From contig JAEMRF010000002.1 in assembly GCA_016463515.1 (NCBI GenBank), positions 15,081-79,080 of the forward strand: DNA of 64,000 bases. Direction: 5' to 3'. The stretch's first letter is position 1. The number at the start of each line of letters is the position of its first letter. The notes beneath the pieces were generated by a model that was not told the origin of the DNA, did not search any database, and worked only from the letters and a program-made list of their open reading frames with translations. Shown here in pieces: positions 7,638-17,197 of this stretch. The DNA is from Solirubrobacteraceae bacterium. Lineage in GTDB: Bacteria; Actinomycetota; Thermoleophilia; Solirubrobacterales; Solirubrobacteraceae. The translations under genes were made by a program, and so were the position numbers.

Positions 7638-9148
7638 GCGTCGCGCAGGTCACCTGCGTCGTCGCCGACTGCGCCGCCTTTGCCCGCCACCACCAGATCT
7701 CGCTCGTGGCGGGGGGCAAAGCGATCCAGCTCGCTGGCTCGGGGAGGGGGGGCGGCTTCGCGACGGTCCACCCGGTGCTCGCGATCGGCGGCGCAGCGCC
7801 CGGCGTGGCGCTGGTCGCGAAGGTCTTCAAGGAGAACGAGCTCGCTGACCTTGGCGGCGGGCAGGTCGTCGTCGAGACGCTCACCGGCCTCTGGGGCGCC
7901 CTCGGTGTGAGCGGCCGCCCCGACTGGCCCGAACTCGTCCTCGCACTGCCGTTCCAGCTGCTGACTGTCCAGCTCGACGGGAAGAAGCGATTCGTCGCGC
8001 TGATGCTCGACCTCGGGGCCCGCGGCTACGTCCCTGCGCCAACGTCGCAGAAGGGGGACGTAGCGGCTTACCGCCAGCGCACGCTCGACGAGCGGATCGC
8101 GTTCGCGACGAGCGTCGCAGAGAAACTCGGGCTGCTCGCCGAGTGCGGACTGCTCCACGGTGACCTGAACCCCGACAACGTGATGATCCACCCGAGGACC
8201 CACGACGTGCAGGTGATCGACTTCGACGCCGGTCGCGTGGTCACGACCGGCTCTGAGCGCTCAAGGGTCCCGGGCAAAGGCGACATCTACGTCCCGCCGG
8301 AGGTCAACGATCCGAACGCGCCGCAGGGCTTCGACCTCTCTAGGTTCAGCCTAGAGGCCGAGCGCTGGTCCTACGCGTCACTGATCGGGCTCTTCCTGTT
8401 CACCGTCCACCCTGGGTTCTTCCTCAATGGGATCTCCGCACTTTCGGGATACGCGTCGGCCGCCGACGACTGGCCGGACGTGGATGAGAACGCCGTGTAC
8501 TTTCGCGCCGATGCGCTGACCGCCTACGCCGCGTTCCGGCCGATCTTCGAGATGGTCCCTGCGGAGCTGACGACACTGTTCGCCACGTTGTTCCGCGCCG
8601 GCCCTAACGCGGCTGCCCGTCCGACGGCTCACGACTGGGTTGGAGCGCTCAGCGGGGTGTCCGAGCCGCCGACGATCAAGGTCAGGCTTGTCGGCGACGA
8701 CATCGTGATCGAGGGCGACGATGTCGTGATCGCATGGTGCGCCGACAACGCGCTCTACGTCGAACTCGATCCCGGAGGCCGCCAGCCCGCGACCGGGTCG
8801 ATGACGTTTGTAGCGAAAGAGCACTTCCATGTGCGCGTTGCCGCCGTCAATGCGTTCGGCAGCGAGACGGTCGAGAGCCCGACCGTACGTGTCGTGCCGC
8901 TGCCGAAGATCGAGCGCGTCCGCCTCCCCGTGCCGCCGGCATTTCAGATGCCGGCGCTCTCGATCGCCGCGCAGTTGCCCCGCGGGCTTGTGGACGTGCC
9001 TGCGGCTCAGCCGTACCCGGCGCCGCCGACGTTCGCCCGTTCGTACCGGGGCCCGGCGGAGCAGCCGTCGCCCGAACTCCCGGCTCCGCCTCGCTTCGCG
9101 CGGGCTGGCGGCCCACGCCTTATGGGCTCCAGCTTGAGGCGGCGGTGA
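7634..9148 (+). CDS. Ser/Thr protein kinase-like protein with a C-terminal Ig-like and Pro-rich extension.
   Basis: Catalytic loop LHGDLNPDNVMI, VIDFDAG (DFG-type) and YVPPEV. The start overlaps the phosphatase stop as GTGA. Confidence 0.85.
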   Translation: MSVAQVTCVVADCAAFARHHQISLVAGGKAIQLAGSGRGGGFATVHPVLAIGGAAPGVALVAKVFKENELADLGGGQVVVETLTGLWGALGVSGRPDWPELVLALPFQLLTVQLDGKKRFVALMLDLGARGYVPAPTSQKGDVAAYRQRTLDERIAFATSVAEKLGLLAECGLLHGDLNPDNVMIHPRTHDVQVIDFDAGRVVTTGSERSRVPGKGDIYVPPEVNDPNAPQGFDLSRFSLEAERWSYASLIGLFLFTVHPGFFLNGISALSGYASAADDWPDVDENAVYFRADALTAYAAFRPIFEMVPAELTTLFATLFRAGPNAAARPTAHDWVGALSGVSEPPTIKVRLVGDDIVIEGDDVVIAWCADNALYVELDPGGRQPATGSMTFVAKEHFHVRVAAVNAFGSETVESPTVRVVPLPKIERVRLPVPPAFQMPALSIAAQLPRGLVDVPAAQPYPAPPTFARSYRGPAEQPSPELPAPPRFARAGGPRLMGSSLRRR

Positions 9149-9253
9149 CTTCGAAGTGTGGAGGTAGCCGAAACGCTCGCTCGTCCGGGCATACAAACCA
9201 AGGCTCGCAAACCGCCGCGATAGGGAGCGGCGAGGAACGAGGGGATAGGTCCG

Positions 9254-10702
9254 ATGCAGGCGACGGTCAGCAGGTTCTTTCACTGGCTCGGGGGAATCGA
9301 CTCCGACGTCGTCGCGCGTGTTCCGCGGACGCGTATGCACGGCACCGCGGCGGGCGCGGCCGTGCTCATGGTCGGGGTGATGGCCTTTGCCGCGGGTGGG
9401 TTCTTCGCACGCGAGATGCTGCACCTGCCGGTCGGCGCGGCGCTGCTGGCCGCCGGAACTTGGGCGATGATGATGGTGAGCCTCGATCGGTTGATGCTCA
9501 CGAGCGCCAAGCGGCAGGATCGTACCTGGCTCACGGTCGCGCTCGCGATTCCGCGGATCCTGGTCGCCGTCCTCGCTGGGTTGGCGATCGCGCAGCCGCT
9601 AGTTCTCTTCGCCTTCAGGGAGGAAGTAGCCCGGCAGGTCCAGGAGGATCGTCAGACCGAGGAGACCGCCCGCGTAAGAGCGCTCGACGGTCGGTACGGT
9701 GACATCCCGAAGTTGGAGGCGCAGCAGAATGAGCTCGAGCAGGAGCTCACCAACGGCCCGGACATCACGTTCAAGGGGAACTCGGAGTACGACGCCGCGA
9801 CGGCGGCCTACGACGACGCCCAGGACAAACTCGCGAAGGCCGAGAAGAAGGTCGGCTGCGAGGCACAGGGGACGTGCGGCACCGGCAAGGCGGGGTGCGG
9901 CCCGGTTTGTCAGTCGAACATGCGTGTCGTCGATCAGCGCCGGAACGTCGCCGACAAGGCCAACCGCACGCTGCGTGAAGTTGAGTCGCGGCTGCGCCGC
10001 CAGGGTGCTGCGGCGGCCGACACCGCCCGCCGTATCGCGACGCCGGAACTCGCGCGGGTGAATAGCGCTCTGGCTGACCGTCGTGACGAGATGGAGAGCG
10101 ACCGCGCGGGTATCGCTGCCGACTTCGCGGCACCGGTGGGGTTCATCGATCGGACCCGCGCCCTCGAGCACCTCAAGCAGGAGTCACCAGCCGTGAGGTG
10201 GCGGGAGTGGCTCTTCGCGCTGCTCCTGGTCGCCATCGACACCTCGGCGGTCGTCATGAAGATGCTCGGACTGATCGGCAGGAAGTCGCTCCCCGAGCGG
10301 GTCGAGGAGGAGATCGAGGACCGCGACGTGGAGTGCCTAAAGGTGATCGAGGACGCCAAGGACGAGGCGAACCGCAAGGACGCCGAGCTCATTGAGAAGG
10401 AGGCGGAGATCCTGGTCGAGCTGCGCGAGGAGGCGCTCAGAGAGATGCATCAGGAGACCGCCAAGGTCGAGAAGGAGGTCTGGCGCGCGACGATCGATGG
10501 GTGGGCGAACTCCGTGCGGTCTCAGCTCACGAACAGCAGCGGGTTCGGCCTGCCGCAAGCGCCGCCGGACAACGGCAACGGAGGCGGGCCGCGGGCCAAA
10601 CCGGTCAACGGCAACGGCGCCTACGGGGTTTCGACCCCGCCGCCAGGCCGGCGCTTCCGCGTCCCGCGCAAGAGGCCGTCGGTCCCGCCGCCGGGCCCGT
10701 AG
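9254..10702 (+). CDS. DUF4407-like membrane protein with a central coiled coil.
   Basis: The N-terminus FHWLGGIDSDVVARVPRTR is followed by TM helices, a long charged coiled coil with a CEAQGTCGTGKAGCGPVC cluster, another TM segment and a Pro-rich tail. Confidence 0.7.
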   Translation: MQATVSRFFHWLGGIDSDVVARVPRTRMHGTAAGAAVLMVGVMAFAAGGFFAREMLHLPVGAALLAAGTWAMMMVSLDRLMLTSAKRQDRTWLTVALAIPRILVAVLAGLAIAQPLVLFAFREEVARQVQEDRQTEETARVRALDGRYGDIPKLEAQQNELEQELTNGPDITFKGNSEYDAATAAYDDAQDKLAKAEKKVGCEAQGTCGTGKAGCGPVCQSNMRVVDQRRNVADKANRTLREVESRLRRQGAAAADTARRIATPELARVNSALADRRDEMESDRAGIAADFAAPVGFIDRTRALEHLKQESPAVRWREWLFALLLVAIDTSAVVMKMLGLIGRKSLPERVEEEIEDRDVECLKVIEDAKDEANRKDAELIEKEAEILVELREEALREMHQETAKVEKEVWRATIDGWANSVRSQLTNSSGFGLPQAPPDNGNGGGPRAKPVNGNGAYGVSTPPPGRRFRVPRKRPSVPPPGP

Positions 10703-10780
10703 TCGCACCCAGCCGCGCGGCGGCGCCCTTCCCCTGGAGTCGTTCGCGATCGCGGTTGACCGCGCAGGTATGTTTCAGCC

Positions 10781-13534
10781 ATGTCCGTGGGGGACAGCAG
10801 GTATTGGGACACGTGGGGGCCGAGCGTCGGGTCGGTTGCCACGGACGGGCGCGCCGTCCCGGCGCACGCCACGTTGGCTCGCTACGTGTCACCGCGCGCG
10901 GTCGATGCTGCGCAATTGCTGAACGTTCCGCGGCCGGTCTCAGACGATCAATCCGCTGCCGCCGACCAGGCCCTTGCACGGGCCCTATACGAACGGCTGG
11001 CACTGTTGAAGCTGAGCTACGCTCTCGACCCGCGGATCCCGCGTGGGCTCAGGCGTCAGCAGATCCGACATCCGCAGTGGCTGCTCGCTTTGAAGTGGGG
11101 CACTTGCCTCGACCTGGCCGTGACGTACGCGGGCATGTGCATGTCGGCCCACATCGACCCCCTGCTGATCGTCGGTGAGCCTGTCTCGCTCTTCGGTGGC
11201 GAAGGGCACGCCCTGGTCGCGCTCATCCCCGGCAGGCAGCGCGGCGAGCGAGACCCGCTGATTCTGCCGGGCTGCAAGCCCGAGTACCCAGGAGTCCAAG
11301 TGGTCACCGACGCCGACCGGTTTGCCCGGCTGGTCGATAACGTGCTGCTGCCCGTCGAGTGCACCGGGGCTGTGATCCGCGCGGCGTCCGGACCCGCCTC
11401 AGCCGCGACTACCTCGTTCGCCGACGCGACCGCGGAGGGGGCCGCGGCGCTCGAGCGCCGCGACGTGCGCTGGCGCGTGATCGACGTGGCGTGGCTGCAT
11501 GAGCCCGACCGCGACGGCGTCATCCTCGCACCTCCGCTGGACCCGCCTGAGGGCCTACTTGGCATCGGCTCCTACCTGCCCGGCGGACTCGGGCACGAGA
11601 AGCTGGGCTCGGCGCAGCAGGAGATTCTCGATGAACTGACCGGCGCGACGGGCATCCACGTGATCGCCGCCCACCCGGGCTTCGGCAAGAGCACGATCGC
11701 GCGGCGGCTCGTCGCCAACGCCCCGTTCGGCTCCGGCTGGTTCCTCGGGGCATCTGACAAGAAGACGCTGACCAATAGCCTCGCCGAAGCCGAACTCATC
11801 GGGCAGAACCAAACGAGTGTGGGCCTCGCCGACGCCGATCGCGACGGGTACGCGGAGGCCGCACGAGGCCGCCTCCGCGAGGCAGACCACCCGTGGACCG
11901 TCATACTCGACAACGCCGACGACAAGCCCGACGAGGCCTTGGCGCGCATTCCGCCGACCGATGCGCGGCTCGGCCAACTCGTGGTGCTCACGACGACGGA
12001 CCTCGCGTGGGCCAACGCCAGCGGGCATCGCGTTCACCCGCTGGGCCCGGCTGCCGACAGCGAGGTGGACGCCGAACTCGGCAACTCAGACATCGCGCCG
12101 CTGGTCGCGGGCCGGTGGCTGCTGGTCAGCGCGTTCAAGCACCTGGCTGACGCGCTGGGCGTCAAGCCCAGCCAACTCTCGGTGGACGCCTCAATCGCCC
12201 GCACGGGCGAGAACGGCCCTCTCGCCATCTGGCAGACGGCTCGCGACCAGGTCCTGACGGAGGGCCAGGTGCGCGCGGCGCGGTGCGCCGCGTACCTGCC
12301 CCCGGACGTCGTCAGTGTCGCGGCGGTTCAGGAATGCGCGCCGGGTGAAGGCACAGCCGAGCGCCTGGTCGCCACAGGGCTCCTCGATGTCGCAGCGGGA
12401 GAGCACTTCGGACGTATGCACCGATTGATCGGAAAGGCGATCCGCGACGATCCGGATGGCTCCGACCTGGCCACCCGCGACCACGTCGCGGCAACGCTGA
12501 CCGGCTCCGCCGAGGCGGGCGACAATCTCGCCGAGTTCGGTGATCGTGCGCTCATCCTCGAGATTCTCGCGCTGCTCGAACACCGGTGTCGCAGCGCCCA
12601 GACACCCGATCGCGGGCTCGGGATCAGCCTCCACGCGCTCGGGAGCGTCCTCGAGCTCCGCGGAGCCACACGCGAGGCGGCCGATACCTTCGATACTGCT
12701 CGCGCTCACCTCACCGGCACCACCGACCGACCCCTTCTCGCCGACTGCCTGCTCGGCATGGCACGCCGCCACTTCAGGGACAGCAGCCCGACCCAGGAGC
12801 AGATCGACGAGGCCTTCGCGTGGGCCGACGAAGGCGAGAAACTGATGCAGCTGGCGGGGCTCGGAGCCAGTGCAGGGCGCTTCCTGGCGATGAAAGGGCT
12901 CCTCCGTCGCAAGCGGGGTACGCTCCGCGGCCGACCGAAGGACCAGCAGGTGCGCGACCTCCGGGCGGGGCTCGACATGGTTGAGACGGCCGACCGGATG
13001 CGCGCGGCCGACCCGACCACGCGTCCCGAGGAGCGGGCTCGAAGTCGGTTCAACCTCGCCGGGCCCCGGATCAACCTCGCGCAGCGCGATCCCGACAACT
13101 CGGCGGAACATCTCAGCAAGGCTGAGGAGATTTATCGAGAAGTCCTGCGGCAGCGCGAGGCCTTCTACCCTGGGCTCGACCACCCGCACGTCGCCGCATG
13201 CGTTTCAGGGTTGGCGATGGTCAGTTACTACCGGGCGGTGCTGCTGCCGTCGGACGCTCATGAGCGGCAGCGACTCCTCCGCGAGGCGACGCAGTACGAG
13301 CGCGACGCGGCAGCGCAGCGCGAGCGGCTCGCCGGGAGCCGCGACGACGGCGACGTGGGCAAGTCGCTCCGCCTGACGGCGAAGATCGCAATCGCTCGCT
13401 GGCTGTTCACGGTCGCTTCGGACAAGCGCGCGGAGAGGCACGAGGCGCTCCTGAGCGAGGCCGAGCGTGAGCTTCTCACGGCCGGGCTGCTGCCGTCCGG
13501 TGATGAAGCGAAACTGCCCGCTGAGGCCGCCTAA
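10781..13534 (+). CDS. STAND NTPase: N-terminal transglutaminase-like (papain-fold) domain, NB-ARC-type P-loop, then C-terminal TPR-like repeats.
   Basis: WGTCLDLAVTYAGMC and GEGHALVALIP are Cys/His of the transglutaminase core. Walker A is AAHPGFGKSTIARRL and Walker B is WTVILDNADD. About 450 aa of helical repeats follow. Confidence 0.8.
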   Translation: MSVGDSRYWDTWGPSVGSVATDGRAVPAHATLARYVSPRAVDAAQLLNVPRPVSDDQSAAADQALARALYERLALLKLSYALDPRIPRGLRRQQIRHPQWLLALKWGTCLDLAVTYAGMCMSAHIDPLLIVGEPVSLFGGEGHALVALIPGRQRGERDPLILPGCKPEYPGVQVVTDADRFARLVDNVLLPVECTGAVIRAASGPASAATTSFADATAEGAAALERRDVRWRVIDVAWLHEPDRDGVILAPPLDPPEGLLGIGSYLPGGLGHEKLGSAQQEILDELTGATGIHVIAAHPGFGKSTIARRLVANAPFGSGWFLGASDKKTLTNSLAEAELIGQNQTSVGLADADRDGYAEAARGRLREADHPWTVILDNADDKPDEALARIPPTDARLGQLVVLTTTDLAWANASGHRVHPLGPAADSEVDAELGNSDIAPLVAGRWLLVSAFKHLADALGVKPSQLSVDASIARTGENGPLAIWQTARDQVLTEGQVRAARCAAYLPPDVVSVAAVQECAPGEGTAERLVATGLLDVAAGEHFGRMHRLIGKAIRDDPDGSDLATRDHVAATLTGSAEAGDNLAEFGDRALILEILALLEHRCRSAQTPDRGLGISLHALGSVLELRGATREAADTFDTARAHLTGTTDRPLLADCLLGMARRHFRDSSPTQEQIDEAFAWADEGEKLMQLAGLGASAGRFLAMKGLLRRKRGTLRGRPKDQQVRDLRAGLDMVETADRMRAADPTTRPEERARSRFNLAGPRINLAQRDPDNSAEHLSKAEEIYREVLRQREAFYPGLDHPHVAACVSGLAMVSYYRAVLLPSDAHERQRLLREATQYERDAAAQRERLAGSRDDGDVGKSLRLTAKIAIARWLFTVASDKRAERHEALLSEAERELLTAGLLPSGDEAKLPAEAA

Positions 13535-14514
13535 CTTGTTGCGACGGCCAGGTACAGCTGCTTGAGCGCCCCGACACTTGACCGCGCCTCCTGAAGAAGC
13601 GCCGCAGGAGTAGGCTCCCATGCGAGCCGCGGGTCGACGATCCCGGGCGTGATCCCGACGGCGTCGACGTCGAGGTGGTGCGGGAGGCCCAGGATGCGGA
13701 TCGCATCGGCGAGCTGATAGAGGCGGTAGTGGAACGTGGTCACGATCAGAATCGACTGCCCCGGCGTGAAAGCCCGCTTGACGGCAGCGAGCCACTCGTA
13801 GGTGTCACCCGTGTTGGCGCGGCGCCCCGGCTCGGGCGACGGAGCAGCCGCCACCCGGACTCGCGTCCCGCCATCGAGCGTGTACTCGTTCGCCTGCCAC
13901 CGCGACCCGTCCGACCACTCTCCGCCGGAGTCCACATGCGGGTATCGGTCGAGCGCGAAGGCGCGGCGCATCCCGGCCTCCATGACGTCGAACTCCGTCT
14001 CGGCCGTGGCGAGCCGAAACTCATCGAGGATCGGCCTCTCCCTTTCGTTGACAGGACGGAAGGCGCCGATCGCGGTGACATCGCCGGTCTTGACGTCACC
14101 GCTCGCGATGAGACCGGCGGCGTGGAGCGGGCGGGCCAGGCACCCTCGCGCGAGGCCGCCCAGGATCAGCACGTGGTCGTAGCGCCGTCGGGCGGGGGGG
14201 AGCGTGTCCTGCAAGCCGAGGTCGCGCGTGGCGCGGTCAACCAGCGCGCGGGTCTCGCTGGCGAGCTTGGGGGCAGCCGCCTCGTTTCGCTCGCGCTCGT
14301 GGCGGAAGTCCCAGACGACGGAGAACTCGTCGAACCAGTCGAACACGTCAATCACAGAGCCCGTGCCGGGCGGTTCGCCTCCGTACGCGCGTGCAAGGTC
14401 GTGGAGAGCCTGCGACGTGATCCACTCGCGGCAGAACGTCGGCACGTCGGTCCCAGCCTCCAGCCTGGCAGGTGCGCCACCGCCCGCGGGTGGGGTGGGG
14501 CTTGGGTTCGGCAT
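13531..14514 (-). CDS. Hypothetical protein (327 aa), translationally coupled to pgeF.
   Basis: The ATG at 14514 shares one base with the pgeF stop (TGATG). Composition is coding-like. YDHVLILGG...SILIVTTFHYRLYQ weakly recalls a YdcF/DUF218 fold, but I am not sure of this. Confidence 0.6.
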   Translation of the reverse strand: MPNPSPTPPAGGGAPARLEAGTDVPTFCREWITSQALHDLARAYGGEPPGTGSVIDVFDWFDEFSVVWDFRHERERNEAAAPKLASETRALVDRATRDLGLQDTLPPARRRYDHVLILGGLARGCLARPLHAAGLIASGDVKTGDVTAIGAFRPVNERERPILDEFRLATAETEFDVMEAGMRRAFALDRYPHVDSGGEWSDGSRWQANEYTLDGGTRVRVAAAPSPEPGRRANTGDTYEWLAAVKRAFTPGQSILIVTTFHYRLYQLADAIRILGLPHHLDVDAVGITPGIVDPRLAWEPTPAALLQEARSSVGALKQLYLAVATS

Positions 14515-15356
14515 CACGGCGCCACCGGGCGCAGCATCGCGATGCCCGCGAGGCGGCCGGTCACCTGCTCGGCGCGGTGGGAGTAGAAGCGGTCGAGGTC
14601 GTCGATAGTTGACATTGATGAGATCTCGATCTGCTCGCGCGGCACGCCGGCGCGCACGAGGTCGAGGGCGTTCGCCTCCCACAGATCGAAGAGCGCTTTG
14701 CCGTCCCCAAGTGGGCGCAGGATCTTGTCGGCGTCCTCGCCGTATCCGGTACGGGCGGCGTCGATCACGTCGCCCCCGACTTCATACCGCGCCGGGGAGA
14801 TGGAAGGTCCGATTGCGGCGGCCAGCGACGACGGCTCCGTTCCGTACCGGCCGCGCATCACTTCGACGGTGCGCGACGAGATTCGCGCGACCGTTCCGCC
14901 CCATCCGGCGTGCGCGAGCCCAATAGCGTGATGCTCGGGGTCATACAGAACAACCGGCACGCAGTCGGCGAGTGTGACACAGAGCGGAATGCCGACCAGG
15001 TTGGTGACCAAGGCGTCGGTATCGGCGACGATTGTGTCCTCGTCGAAGCCACCTCGGTCACGCCGGCCGTCCTCGCGCTCGGCCACGTCGCGAGCCTCGA
15101 TAACCGCAACGTCGTCACGGTGAATCTGCTTGCACCAGATCGACCTCTCGAGCGGCAGGTCGTATGCCGCGAACAGCCGGCGCCGGTTCTCGAGCACTGC
15201 CGCCGGATCGTCATCGACGCGAAGGCCGACGTTCAGCGAGCCGTAAGGGACGCCACTCACTCCGCCGGTGCGGGTTGAGACGAGCGCATCGACGCGGGCC
15301 GCGGGGAGAGTCTCGAAACGGAGCGACACCAGTCCGCCGCGTTCATCGACCCGCAC
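14514..15356 (-). CDS. pgeF: YfiH/PgeF (DUF152, laccase-domain) family protein.
   Basis: STRTGGVS, CADCVPV-type LADCVPVVLYD, GLAHAGWGGT and FYSHR are family hallmarks. The gene has a GTG start. Confidence 0.85.
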   Translation of the reverse strand: MRVDERGGLVSLRFETLPAARVDALVSTRTGGVSGVPYGSLNVGLRVDDDPAAVLENRRRLFAAYDLPLERSIWCKQIHRDDVAVIEARDVAEREDGRRDRGGFDEDTIVADTDALVTNLVGIPLCVTLADCVPVVLYDPEHHAIGLAHAGWGGTVARISSRTVEVMRGRYGTEPSSLAAAIGPSISPARYEVGGDVIDAARTGYGEDADKILRPLGDGKALFDLWEANALDLVRAGVPREQIEISSMSTIDDLDRFYSHRAEQVTGRLAGIAMLRPVAP

Positions 15357-15435
15357 AGGAAAGCTCCATCTTGTCGTTCCTCATAGGCAGATAGGCGAGT
15401 CTCGCAGACGATAGTCTTGCGCGCTGGCTACCCGA

Positions 15436-17196
15436 ATGAGGTTCCTCAACCAATCCGACATCACACGCGCCACAGCGTTGGCCGGCCTACTGACGGTTCC
15501 CGTTGTAGTCGCCGCGGGATGCGGTTTCTCGCGGACCGAAGCGTGGGAGTTTCCGGAGACGCGGGTGCAACGTGTGACGCCTCCCAAAGAGCAGGCGCTC
15601 GCGTACGCGACCGGCTCCCAGATCGGAGTCCTGCGCGACGGTCAGACCGCCGTCGTCGGCGAGATCGAGCCGGGCCGGCGGGTCGTCGAGATGAACTGGG
15701 CCGGCGACGGACTCACGCTCGGATGGGTTGAGCAAGACGATGAGTGGCACCGCCATCTCACGGTCGCCGACACCAAGACGGGGAAGAGTCACAGCTATTC
15801 CTATCCGATCGACGATCGAGGACATGGATTCGCGGGCCTTGCTCCCGGATTGCACACCCTCACGGGCGGGAGCTACGGCGGGACGTTCACCGAGTACACC
15901 TCCACGGGAGCAACGCGCAGCTACACGGTCGAGGTGCCTCCAACCGAACTCTCGATAGAACAGGCCGAACAGGACACGACGGACGACATCTCCCCACCAG
16001 GGACGTCTGTCGCGTTCGCCGCGCCGCTCTTCGGGCAGTGGCTGATCGGCGCCGAGAGCGATTCACGCGCGGGCGCGAAGGGCGCGCCTCAGCGCATCTT
16101 CTCCTACGACCCGGCGCGAGCAACGCTCACGCTGGCGGGAGTAGCTGGCTTCAGCGCCTCGGCGCTCCAACGCCGAGACGATACGTCCGCTCTATGGGTG
16201 GAAACGAGCTCTGGCGGGGCGTGCGATTCGTACTACGAGATCGGTGGCTACGGACTGCGCATCCCTGACCTGCCGAAGCTCCGTGCGAAGGGCGACGGAT
16301 ACGACAACTGGGAGATCCGGCGGGCAATCCCGGGCGATGGCCGAATCGACGTCATCGCTCGCGTGCTCCACGGAGGTTGGACTACGGACACCCCACCGCG
16401 ATGCCGGCCCGACACGAGGAGGTTGAGATGGATGACCTACAGCGATGGCGGGTGGCGCGACGTCGAGGACGGACTGGTCGACCTCGGGCTGGCGAACGAC
16501 GGTCGCGTGGCCCGGGTTTATGGGCAGGTTCGCCTCGACGGAGAAGGCCAAGAGGACGATGTGAGGCCGCTCGGCGCCGCCGTCTCCAATCCCGATGGAA
16601 CAGTCGTCAAACTCCCACATGACACGCGGATGGTGCTGTTCGCGCCCGACGCGCCGATGTCGCTCTCGGACGTATCGACTGGCACGACCGACTTGACCGA
16701 GAAGCTCCTTTTCGACGACTCCGGTGCCGGGCCGCTGAAGTTCGGGAGCGACCCTCGTGCACTCCAGGCCGCCACCAGCACGCACCTTCGCTTCGATCTC
16801 GATCGAGGCGGGTGCGGCACCGTAACCGCCCAGGACCCCGACCTGCAGCCGAGTCTCGGCACTACCGGCTACCTGAAAGATGGGAGGCTCGCCTGGCTCC
16901 GCGTCGACGCGCCCAGGGGTACTTCCGATGAGGGTGGCGAGTCGGACGCGGCTGTGCGGGAGGCGCCCGGAACGGCGACGTCGAGAGGCACTCAGGTCGG
17001 CGATTCGGTCGACGCTCTGCTCGAGAACGAAGGAGACCCGGATCGGGCGGACGTCGTTGACGACGACGCGACGCGCTATGTGTTCACGCAAGGTGATCTC
17101 ACACTCGCGGCGCTGGTAGACGCGGCTGGCACAGTTCGCACGCTGTGGTGGCTCCCCGACGGCCGGGCTTCACGCTGCCGAGACGAGGGCGGGTGA
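15436..17196 (+). CDS. Lipoprotein, paralogue 1 (586 aa), probably with a TolB/WD40-like beta-propeller.
   Basis: Signal peptide with lipobox VVAAGC. It aligns with the next gene (LAYATG.../LAYVTA..., WAGDGLTLGW/WSGDGRQLAW, RSYTVEVP/RSYRVTLP). Confidence 0.7.
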   Translation: MRFLNQSDITRATALAGLLTVPVVVAAGCGFSRTEAWEFPETRVQRVTPPKEQALAYATGSQIGVLRDGQTAVVGEIEPGRRVVEMNWAGDGLTLGWVEQDDEWHRHLTVADTKTGKSHSYSYPIDDRGHGFAGLAPGLHTLTGGSYGGTFTEYTSTGATRSYTVEVPPTELSIEQAEQDTTDDISPPGTSVAFAAPLFGQWLIGAESDSRAGAKGAPQRIFSYDPARATLTLAGVAGFSASALQRRDDTSALWVETSSGGACDSYYEIGGYGLRIPDLPKLRAKGDGYDNWEIRRAIPGDGRIDVIARVLHGGWTTDTPPRCRPDTRRLRWMTYSDGGWRDVEDGLVDLGLANDGRVARVYGQVRLDGEGQEDDVRPLGAAVSNPDGTVVKLPHDTRMVLFAPDAPMSLSDVSTGTTDLTEKLLFDDSGAGPLKFGSDPRALQAATSTHLRFDLDRGGCGTVTAQDPDLQPSLGTTGYLKDGRLAWLRVDAPRGTSDEGGESDAAVREAPGTATSRGTQVGDSVDALLENEGDPDRADVVDDDATRYVFTQGDLTLAALVDAAGTVRTLWWLPDGRASRCRDEGG

Positions 17197-17197
17197 G

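Noticed and set aside
13531-14682. The full 383-aa version of ORF 13531-14682.
   Set aside because: The first 56 codons overlap the 3' end of pgeF and are Arg/Pro-rich. The ATG at 14514, coupled to the pgeF stop, is the more plausible start.
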